Shown one piece after another: positions 28,438-38,800 of a stretch of 64,000 bases of DNA. The notes beneath the pieces were generated by a model. It was not told the DNA's origin, made no database searches, and was given only the letters and a program-made list of their open reading frames with translations. The first letter of the stretch is position 1. The number at the start of each line of letters is the position of its first letter. Origin of the DNA: Balneola sp. (GTDB taxonomy: Bacteria; Bacteroidota; Rhodothermia; Balneolales; Balneolaceae); assembly GCA_965216175.1 (NCBI GenBank), contig OZ244140.1, forward strand, positions 1,167,126-1,231,125, written 5' to 3'. Position numbers and translations under genes: made by a program.

Positions 28438-29313
28438 TTAATACCTTTTAACTCGTCTTAAAAAGAAATTCATCAGAGGTTGAACGTAAGATTGGTTTGT
28501 GTTCACCTCAACCGAATCTATCTTCATTTTCAATAACTTATCGGAAAATTCCTGCTTTAATTTCATCCGTTTTGATTTGTAAGATGATCGTACTTTTTTG
28601 TTTGAAGTGTCTAATAAAACTTCCTGTCCTGATTCCGAATCCCTGAACGGAATCAAGCCAAGATCAGGTAAATTATCTTCATGTTCATCATTTACAATGA
28701 TACTAACTAAATCATGTTTTTGGTTAGTAATTTTTAATTGTTTGTCAAAGTTCGAATCTTGAAAATCAGAGGCCAAAACAACTATTGCTTTTCTGTCTAG
28801 CAGGCGGTTGATATAAGAGAGCGCATTAGCAATACTTGTGCCTTTACCTGTGGGTTTGGTAGTGTACAATTCTCTTATCAAACGCAGAACATGAGTTCGT
28901 CCTTTTTTGGGAGGAACCACTTTTTCAATATGATCACTAAATAAAACCAGGCCCACTTTGTCACTGTTTTTTATAGCGCTAAAGGCTAATACTGCACAAA
29001 TCTCAATGGCAAGATCCATTTTTGTTTGATTTAATGTCCCAAAAGCACCACTTGGTGATATATCAACACAAAGCATAAGTGTTTGTTCCCGCTCTTCTTC
29101 GAATATTTTTATATAAGGATCGCCGGTTCGGGCAGTAACATTCCAATCAATTTGCCTGATATCATCCCCATAATTATATGCTCGAACTTCAGAGAATTCC
29201 ATTCCACGGCCTTTAAAAGCTGACTGATATTCACCTCCAAATAAAGTATTTACAATGCCTTTAGTCTGTACTTCAAGCTTTCTGATCTTTTTGAGTACTT
29301 CTTTTGAAACCAT
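28438..29313 (-). CDS. DUF58 (MoxR-associated, VWA-like) protein
   Basis: SAFKGRGMEFSEVRAYNYGDDIRQIDWNVTAR motif. Confidence 0.92.
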   Translation of the reverse strand: MVSKEVLKKIRKLEVQTKGIVNTLFGGEYQSAFKGRGMEFSEVRAYNYGDDIRQIDWNVTARTGDPYIKIFEEEREQTLMLCVDISPSGAFGTLNQTKMDLAIEICAVLAFSAIKNSDKVGLVLFSDHIEKVVPPKKGRTHVLRLIRELYTTKPTGKGTSIANALSYINRLLDRKAIVVLASDFQDSNFDKQLKITNQKHDLVSIIVNDEHEDNLPDLGLIPFRDSESGQEVLLDTSNKKVRSSYKSKRMKLKQEFSDKLLKMKIDSVEVNTNQSYVQPLMNFFLRRVKRY

Positions 29314-29615
29314 GCGAATGTTTTACAATGAAAATAGGAGAGATCTATGAAAAACTCTAAAATATTTTAATATAAATTATAACGACCATTATTATTATTA
29401 TTAATAAAAGTTAAAGCTATTTTTAGAATAAAAAGGCTGTGATGCATAATCCTATCTTAACACAGCGAGAACACGTATTTAAACATTAGGAAGCTCTAAT
29501 CTTATCATAGAAATTAGTTGATTTTACATTAAAGCTATTTAACGGTGTTTTTGGGGTGCGGTGGGTATCTTTTCACAGCGCAAAAAGCGCTTAATAACTA
29601 AAAATAAATACACTT

Positions 29616-30095
29616 ATGAAACATAAGTACATATTTTTATTCGTTTTATTTCTGGGTTTATCTGTAAACACATTTGCACAAAGTGGTGAAGTTTCTTCAG
29701 TATTGAAGGCTTACAAAATAACTTTTGATGCAGATAGTAACGAGGTTGCTAATGAAGTAACTGAGGTAAAACCGGGAGATATCATTGAATATCGACTTAC
29801 TTACCAGAATGGAACAGGCGGAGACATATCTCAACTCATGCCTGTTTTGCCAATTCCGCTAGAGATGTTCTATCTCGAAAGCACTGCATCGCCAGAGCTA
29901 AGTGGGGCAAGTGTTAGCACTATTGCTAATGACTTCAGACAACCTCCTTTGACACGTCAGGTTACATTACCGGATGGGTCGCAGGTGAACCGCGTGATTC
30001 CTGCACAGGAATATCGACGCTTACAATGGCTAGTTCCTGCTCTTGCGGCAGGAGAAAGTATAACTCTAACCGCAAGAGTTGAGGTCCGATCATGA
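29616..30095 (+). CDS. Small secreted single-DUF11-domain protein (C-terminally truncated domain)
   Basis: Signal peptide (TFA|Q); VKPGDIIEYRLTYQN, LPIP and LAAGESITLTARVEV* motifs; ATGA-coupled to the next gene. Confidence 0.8.
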   Translation: MKHKYIFLFVLFLGLSVNTFAQSGEVSSVLKAYKITFDADSNEVANEVTEVKPGDIIEYRLTYQNGTGGDISQLMPVLPIPLEMFYLESTASPELSGASVSTIANDFRQPPLTRQVTLPDGSQVNRVIPAQEYRRLQWLVPALAAGESITLTARVEVRS

Positions 30096-32836
30096 CCAGA
30101 ACTAAAACACAATTTCAAAATTCAAATCTAAACAGTGTTCAAAAAAACAATCAATTGAACCATAATAATAGGATTCAAACAATGAAAACAACACATAAAC
30201 TACGACAAAGGGTACAAGCTTTTGTAGGGTTACTTATGGTTTTCGCAGTGGTACTGGGTACATCTTCGGGTGTGTTCGCACAGGTTCCACCTGCAACTTC
30301 TTCCATCGGTAACCAAGCAACTGCTACGTACATTGATAACGGGAGTAACAATCAATCAGTTACTTCTAATACTGTTGTTACTACGGTACAACAAGTAGCA
30401 GGTGTTACAATTACTGCCGGAGTAACCAAGCAGGTTAGTATTGGCGGTCAGGTAACATTTAGTCACATTATTGCTAACACAGGAAACGGAGCAGATTCGT
30501 TTACTCTTACTGCTGTAGATGCTAATAATGGAGCTTACAATTTCACAAACATCAGGATTTATCCGGATGCGAATGGAGATGGTATTGCTGATAACTTTAC
30601 AGAAATAACAAGCACTCCTAGTATAGATCGTTCAGGCTTACCTAATAATACCTTCGGGATCGTGATAGTAGCTGATATACCTGCTTCTGCTCAGGATGGA
30701 CAATTCGAAGATATTACTGTAACAGCTACCAGTGTATTTGACACGAATGAATCTGCTTCTGCAACTGATAAAGCTCAAGTTGATGAAGATGCAGTTATTT
30801 CTGTAAGTAAAGCTGTTAGCCAAACTACAGCTGATGTAGCCGATACGCTTACCTACACAATCAACTATTCTGAAAATGGTAATGCTGCGGCTTCGAATCT
30901 CGTATTGAAAGATCCAATCCCAACTGGTATGTCATACGTTCCTAACTCTGCAATATGGAGTGGTGGTGGTGCGCTTACAGATGCCTCAGGTGGAGATCCT
31001 TCCGGGATTACTTTTGAAAGAATAACCGGCGGTATTCAGGATACATTATCTGCTGTAGTTGCTAATGTGGCAAACGGTTCTTCAGGTACTCTTTCTTTTA
31101 AGGTGGTTGTTGATGCAGGACAAGAAGGAGAGACTATCACTAATACAGTATTAACAACCCATGATGATATTGTAGGTGAAAATACTGTGAACGGTCAAGC
31201 TGTTACAATCAATGAGAACTATGACATCGAATTAGTTGATGCTCAAATAGTAGTTGTTGATTCAACTGAACAAGGTTCAACGGTTAATTTCATAAACCGC
31301 TATGTAAATACAGGTAGTACTGCGGATACATATAACATTGAGTTAGGAACAGATAATTACCCAAGTGGTAGACAATTCTTTCTCTATAAGGCGGATGGTA
31401 ATAACAACCCTACCAGTACCTACCAGGATACCGGATCAGATGGAAAACCAGATACTGGAAATATCCAACCCGGAGATACAGTAGTTGTAATCTTACAGGT
31501 TCAATTGCCTTCAGGAATAAGTGGTGTTGGGCCATTTTCTGTTGATAAGACTCTTACTTCCATAGGAGATCCTAATGAAAGCGCAACTCATACAGATCAA
31601 TTAAATACAATTGTCGCGCCAACTGTGGACTTAACTAACGATGCTGCTGCCGGTCTTGCTGGCGCCCTAGGTGAAGGCTTTGGTCCTGAAACCAATGTTG
31701 TTGTGAACGAAACAACAAATCCAAATGCTACTGTATCGTTTACACTTTTCGTGAAAAATACAAGTGCTGGTCAGGATGCTTACGATTTAGGTTTCGCAGC
31801 TGACACAAATGCTTCAGGAAATCTGTTAAATGCAGGTACTTTACCTACTGGTTGGACGGTTACTTTCCGTGACCCTAATGCCGGTAACAGTGTGATTTCG
31901 CAAACGGGTAATTTAGCAGCTGGTGCCAGTAAAGAGATTACTGCGGAAGTTTTCGTTCCTGCTGGGTATCAGCCAGGGGCACAAGCTATATATTTCCGTG
32001 CTCTATCGGCTACTACAAATGCGATTGATATTATCCATGACCAGGTAACTGTTAATACACTTCAGAATATGCAGTTAACTGCAAATGGATCAGGTCAAAT
32101 TGCTCCGGGTGGTTCTCGAAACTATCTCCATACGCTTACTATACTTAGTAACGTAACTGAAAATGATAGTGTAAACTCCAATCTTGAGATTGAATTAACT
32201 AATTCAAAACCTGTAGGTTGGACTTCAAATGTTTACTGGGATTCCAATAATAGTGGAACTATTGACGCAGGCGATTCACTGTTAACTTCAGGGGCTTCTC
32301 CTGGAACTTATAACCTACCTGAAGAAGTGGGTAATCTTGTATTTAATGATCAAGTGAAATTCATTGTTAAAGTTACCGGTTTGGCCGGACTTGATGATGG
32401 GGAAACGAATACCACTACAATAACAATAAGTGATAATATTGAGAACTTGGCTGATAGGTTTAATACTGATATCACCGAAGTTCAGGCTGGTCTTGTAGTA
32501 GTAGATAAATTTCAGGCACCCGATGTAAGCGGTACTGCAGGTACATATACTAAGAACCCTTTCAATGTGCTTCCTGGTGATACGGTGTACTACAAAATCA
32601 CAGTAAGAAATGATGGTTCCCAGCCGGTAACAAGCATTTCACTTACGGATGATACTCCTTCATTTACTAAAATGTTAGTGGCCGTTGTTACCAATGTAAA
32701 TTCAGGTACAGTAGGAACGGTGACTATTACATCTCAACCTTCTGTTGGTACGGCCGGAACTATCCAGGTTGATATTGATCAGTTGGATCCAACCGAAGAA
32801 GTCCAATTTACTTTTGCAGTTAAAGTAGATAGCTGA
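30092..32836 (+). CDS. Secreted multi-Ig/DUF11 protein, putative fibre shaft subunit
   Basis: Signal peptide (VFA|Q; start may be ATG 30182), N-terminal PPATSSIGNQATATY, one internal complete DUF11, terminal DUF11 ending FTFAVKVDS*. Confidence 0.85.
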   Translation: MTRTKTQFQNSNLNSVQKNNQLNHNNRIQTMKTTHKLRQRVQAFVGLLMVFAVVLGTSSGVFAQVPPATSSIGNQATATYIDNGSNNQSVTSNTVVTTVQQVAGVTITAGVTKQVSIGGQVTFSHIIANTGNGADSFTLTAVDANNGAYNFTNIRIYPDANGDGIADNFTEITSTPSIDRSGLPNNTFGIVIVADIPASAQDGQFEDITVTATSVFDTNESASATDKAQVDEDAVISVSKAVSQTTADVADTLTYTINYSENGNAAASNLVLKDPIPTGMSYVPNSAIWSGGGALTDASGGDPSGITFERITGGIQDTLSAVVANVANGSSGTLSFKVVVDAGQEGETITNTVLTTHDDIVGENTVNGQAVTINENYDIELVDAQIVVVDSTEQGSTVNFINRYVNTGSTADTYNIELGTDNYPSGRQFFLYKADGNNNPTSTYQDTGSDGKPDTGNIQPGDTVVVILQVQLPSGISGVGPFSVDKTLTSIGDPNESATHTDQLNTIVAPTVDLTNDAAAGLAGALGEGFGPETNVVVNETTNPNATVSFTLFVKNTSAGQDAYDLGFAADTNASGNLLNAGTLPTGWTVTFRDPNAGNSVISQTGNLAAGASKEITAEVFVPAGYQPGAQAIYFRALSATTNAIDIIHDQVTVNTLQNMQLTANGSGQIAPGGSRNYLHTLTILSNVTENDSVNSNLEIELTNSKPVGWTSNVYWDSNNSGTIDAGDSLLTSGASPGTYNLPEEVGNLVFNDQVKFIVKVTGLAGLDDGETNTTTITISDNIENLADRFNTDITEVQAGLVVVDKFQAPDVSGTAGTYTKNPFNVLPGDTVYYKITVRNDGSQPVTSISLTDDTPSFTKMLVAVVTNVNSGTVGTVTITSQPSVGTAGTIQVDIDQLDPTEEVQFTFAVKVDS

Positions 32837-32869
32837 CCTAAAAAATATACATAACCCAGATTTATGTGA

Positions 32870-35800
32870 ATGAGGCTGACCCCTCATTCACCTTTTAAAA
32901 AATTATACATACACGTTTTGAACATTAACACTCTCATATCATTCTTGATTCTTCTGCTTGTAGCAGGAATGGGAGAGGTTCGTGCTCAAAATGCTCCGCC
33001 GTCCGGCACAACTATTGTCAATCAGGCTACTACTTCATTTTCCGTATCTGGAGAAACAGAAAGAACAGAAATCTTATCCAATGCAGTAAATGTAATTGTG
33101 GAAAATGATCTGGATTTCTCTCTTGAAATAAGTAATTCGCTCAAACAATTTAAAGGTCAAAGTGTAGAATTTGATCACTATCTAGTTAATAGCGGAAATA
33201 CCATCAGTACTTTTGACATCAATGTCTATAATTGGGAAGGGGGCGAATATGCTTTAGAAAACTTAGAATGGCAAAACGGCTCTAAATCAAAAACATTTAC
33301 GTCTGATACTTTAAGCCAAGTAGTAACTTTGAACCCGGGTGAGAGATTTGATTTCACTTATTCAGGAGCTATAAACAGAGCTGAAGAAGATTCCATTACT
33401 TCTATATTAAATATTGAAGCAACTTCAAGAGAGTTTGGGTTCACGCTCCAAAAAAGAGATTCTGTTTATATTTTAACCGGATCCAGAATAGAACTGAACA
33501 AAACTCAGTCTGGAGCTGACGATCTTAAACCCGGCGATAACTTTACATATTCTATTGAAGGTGAAAACACGGGTGATGCCGACGCACTACCAAGAACGGT
33601 AATCATTGATGGAGTAACAACTGAGAAGGTTATTATGTTGGATTCTATTCCAAACAATTTGAACTTTGTTCGATTTGTAGAATCTGATAAAGGTATAAGA
33701 CTATTTGGTTACGAAGGAAATGATAAGCTTGAGTTTACTTCTGAAGTTCCAACCGATCCGGCTCTGGTATCTGTTATTGCAATTGGGTTTGATAAATTAG
33801 CATCCGGAGAAACATTCAACACTACTTTTGAAGTAAAAGTAAATCCGGGAGCAAATGGCACAATTGAAAATACGGCTGAAGCATTTTACACAAATCCGGA
33901 TGGGGATGAAGAAAGTGCTGCTGCATCAAATGATGTTGCTGCAGAAATCTCAGGCGGTGCCGAGATTGACTACTTTACAGATGATAGTTTTGGAAAGAAA
34001 ACAGGAACCTCCAGTATTGGTAAAAACCTCTTTTTACAAGCCACAGCATCAGCATGTAATCAGTTTAGAACTGTTGTTGAGCAAGTAGAAATAACATTAG
34101 TATCTGCAGAAACGGGCGATACTGAAATATTTTTAGCAACTGAAACAGGACCAAATACTAGTATTTATAGAATTGATGGAGGAGTGCCAACTCGTAATGC
34201 AGTCGATTTTGAGATAGTAAAAGGTAATAGCATACTTGAAACAGTTGAAGATGACTTGATCGAAGCGATACTTGATTGTAAGGGCTTGCCTGCTACAGGC
34301 AGTGGGGGTGGAAACAGAATCAGAACTAATATTGTTGTGGATCCTTATGGTATTGTTTTTGACAGTGAAACTAATCAGCCTATTTCAAATGCAATAGTAA
34401 GCATATTTGATACTAACACTGGTAGTTTAGCTCAAGTATTCTTGGCAGATGGTACTACTCCTGCACCCAGCGAATATACAACAGGAACTGATGGTAGATT
34501 CAACTTTCCATACTTGGAACTTGGAACATATAAAGTAGAAGTTGAAACTCCTGAAGGGTATACATTTACTTCTCAAGTGCCATTAGGTTTATTACCTACC
34601 GGTCGTAAGATTGATACTCTTGCTTCTTATGGTAATGAATGGACAATTTCTAATGTACCTATTGGTAGCAATTTTGATATACCTTTAGATCCACAAGCAA
34701 GAGGAGTATTATTTACTGATAAAACAGTTGACCGTGCAGTAGCGGAAATTGGCGATTATGTTAACTATACAATCACTATTAAAAGTGAGGCAATTAACAC
34801 AGTTCGAAATCTTTTCATTGACGATCTACTTCCATTTGGTTTTGAGTATCAATTAGGATCAACAAAATTAGATGGTGTACAGCTACCAGATCCTGAAGGC
34901 GGGAAGGGGCCAAGTCTTAAGTTTGATGTTGGAGATATTGAAACAGGAACTACTAAAAAACTAACATATCGAGTATTTGTAGGCCCAGGCTCTGAAAAAG
35001 GAAAGGGAATCAATGTTGCGATTGCAAAAAGTGATGAAGTCGTTGTTAAAAGTAGTAATCAGGCAAAGGTTAAGGTCGAAGTTCGTGGCGGTTTATTCAA
35101 CGATAATGCATATGTGATAGGTAAAGTATTTCAGGACTGCAACGAAAACGATATACAAGATTCCGGCGAAGTTGGAGTACCCGGTGTTCGTTTATATATG
35201 GAGAATGGAACCTTTGTAGTTACTGATAGCGAAGGTAAGTACACATTCTATGCTGTTAAGCCGAATAAACATGTTCTTAAAGTGGATAACTATTCATTAC
35301 CTGAAGGAAGTAAGCTTTCAGTTTTAGACAACCGACATGCCAATGATCCTTCCAGTAGATTTGTGGATGTTAAGAAAGGACAGCTTCATAGAGCGGATTT
35401 TGCAATTTGTGAGTGTACTCCTAATGTAAATGACGAAATAGATGCCAGAAGAGAGCTTTTATCTCAATCTTCAGAAGATGGTCTTACAGGCTCACTAAAG
35501 AGAAGCTTTTCTCTTGACGAGAGCAATTCATCTTCAGGTAAAGGAAGGTTTGAGGATGCCAGCGGTACTATTGGTGGAGCTAAAGAGTCTTCAAATAAAA
35601 TTACTTCAAGTCCGGATGGAAAAGTTGATCCAAAAGCAGTCAATGAACTTCAAAATGATAATATAATTTCACAAACTCAGAAACTAGAAGATGCTTTATT
35701 AGGAGCTGAGGATGGTCTCGGGTTCTTAAATATTGCTAACAATGATACTCTGAGAACAAATGATTTCACAATTTGGACGAAAGGCAGATTAGGTGCAAAG

Positions 35801-38800
35801 TTCTTACTTACAGTAAATGGAGAATTAATTGATGATTCTAAAGTGGGGCAATCATCTGTATCACCTACTAACAATCTGCAAGGTTGGGAATATGTGAGTA
35901 TTGATTTTAAAGCAGGTGTAAATACTCTGGTTCTGGAAGAAATAGATCCGTTTGGAAATGTAAGAGGTCGTGAAGAAATTAACGTACTTGCTCCGGGTGA
36001 AGCTACTAAACTGAAAGTTACAGCTCCAATAGATTATGCCCCTGCAGATGGAGTTTCTAGTGTATTGATTAGTGTTGAAATTCTTGATGAGAATGGCATT
36101 AGAGTTGGTGATTCAGCACCAATCATGCTTGATACAGAGTTCGGAAAATGGAAAGTAAAGGATAACAATTCGAGCGAGCCCGGAACACAAACACTATTAG
36201 AAAACGGGTTTGGTGAATTTGAACTTATTTCTACTAATGAACCGAAGTCAAGTTTAGTAAGAGCACATTTAGGTATAATAAAAGGAGAAACGAAAGTTGA
36301 ATTCCTGCCGGATCTTAGACCTCTGATTGCAGCCGGTATTATCGAAGGTACACTTCGATTTAATGAAGCAATCAATATAAGTTCTTCAAAAGAAGCTGAT
36401 GGGTTTGAAAGAGAGTTGAAACAGCTTTCATACAACTTTAACCGGTTTACCGGAGATGCAAGATTAGCTTTCTTCATTAAAGGTAAAGTAAGTGGAAAAA
36501 CACTTTTAACAGCTGGTTTTGATTCAGAAAAAGATAAAGAAGAACGGTTATTCCGAGATATTCGACCAGATGAATTCTACCCTGTATATGGAGAGTCTTC
36601 AATCAAAGGTTTTGATGCTCAGTCATCAAGTCGTTTATATGTTAGAGTTGATCGAGGAAAAACATATGCTCTTTATGGCGATTTTATTACTCAGGAAAGA
36701 AATCAGGATGTGCAACTTGGAACCTACAGTCGTGCTCAAACAGGATTAAAAGCAAATTTTGAGCAAGGTAAAGTGAAAGCTCAGGCATTTGGAATAAATG
36801 CATTCTCAAGTAGAAGAGTAAGAGAATTTCAGGGACAAGGAATTTCAAGGTATGATCTTCCTGATCAGGATATCGTGGATAACAGCGAGATCATTGAGAT
36901 TATAACTTACGACAGAGAACAGCCTGAAATAATTTTAAGTGTTGAAAAACTTACTCGTTTCAGAGACTATGTGATCGATCCTTTCTCAGGTGTTATTACC
37001 TTTAAAACACCGGTTTCAAGTGTTGATTCTGAATTCAATCCTGTATTTATTCGCACTACTTATGAAGTAACAAATAATCAAGATCGTTACTTAATTGGTG
37101 GAGTAAAGGCAGAAACAGATATCTCAGAAGGAATAAAAGTTGGTGCAAGCGCTGTACAGGACAATAACCCCGAAAACCAGTTCAGATTACTATCAGGTAA
37201 CGTTTCTGCCGATCTAACCAAAAACACGAAAGTAGTTGGTGAATTTGCTAACACAAATACTGATAACGACGGTAACGGGAATGCAGTAAGGGTAGAGTTA
37301 AATCATAAAGGATCAAAGCTTGATGTATTTGCCCAGGCAGGTAAATCGGGTGAAAACTTTAGAAATGAAGGTTCAACTTTAGGACAGGGACGAACAGAAG
37401 CAAGAGCAAGAACCAGATACAAATTGAATAACTCTACTTCCATTAAAAATGAACTTATCTATACGAGAAATGATACTACCAGTGATCGTACATTCGGAGG
37501 TTTAATTTCAGCAAACAGAACATTCGCTAATAATGTGAATGCTGAAGTAGGATTCAGATATTCAGAAAATTATAAATCAGCGCAAGATACTACCAGCTAT
37601 AACACAAATATCAGAGGTAAGATAAAAGCAGATCTTCCTTTCTTATCTGGTGCTTCTGCTTTCGGTGAAATTGAACAGGATCTAAATGAAGCTGACAAAA
37701 GATTGATAGCAGTTGGTGCAGATTATAGATTAAGAAAAATTGCTAAAGTTTACGCGCGTCATGAGTTTATTTCAAGTGCTGGTGGCATTAATACATTAAG
37801 TGGTAGCCAACAAAAGAATAACACCGTAGTTGGTATCGATGCTAGCTATATGAAAAACGGCCAAGTGTATAGTGAATATAGATTGAATGATTCATTCGAT
37901 GGGAGAAGTGGTCAGGCAGCTATTGGATTGAGAAACCAGTTCAGAATTTCTGAAGGACTTGGTTTAAATTTCGGTTTTGAGCGAGTATTTACACTAGAAG
38001 GTCAGGCAATTAATGATGGAACAGCTATTACATCTGCCGTAGATTACACAGGAAGCGATAACTGGAAAGCAACGGCAAGAGCTGAAGCCAGATTCACGTC
38101 CAAAACCAACACTTACTTAAATAGCTTAGGATATGGACTGAAGTTAAATTCAGACTGGACTCTGTTAACTAAAAATATTATTTCTGTAAATACTATTGAC
38201 GGAGCGTCTGGACTAAACAAACTTCAAGAACGATTACAGGTTGGTGCTGCATATAGAGGTACGGCAACGAATAAATTCGACGCGTTATTCAGATATGAGT
38301 TTAAACATGAAATCGATAAAAACGTGGATGCGGATTTCTTTAGAACAGCTCATGTACTTTCAAGTCATGGTAACTACCATCCAACTCGTGATCTTACTTT
38401 ATCAGGTAGACTTGCTGCAAAATATTCACTTGAATCTGACAGTCAGTTAAGAACATCAACTTTCCTAGAGCTATTGTCAGGTAGAGTTCTTTATGATATT
38501 GATGAGAAATGGGACGTTGGAGTTAACGCAAGCATATTAGCAAATAGTGATTTTACAACTAAAGATTATGGCTTTGGTATTGAAGCCGGATTCCTTATTG
38601 CAACAAACCTAAGACTTGCAGCCGGGTATAATTTCTTCGGATATGATGACGAAGATTTAACTGCAAATAACTATACACAGCAAGGCACCTACTTAGGATT
38701 CAGTTATAAATTTGATGAGCGTTTATTTGATAATCTGATTCCTGATCGAATTAAGAAAACTCCAATTGTAGATGCTAGTAATTACCTAACTTGTGAAGAA

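Noticed and set aside
29555-29569. ops-like antitermination element (GTGCGGTGGG) ahead of the 21-kb operon
   Set aside because: Only a partial match to GGCGGTAG and no NusG paralog in the window; no riboswitch fold recognised either.
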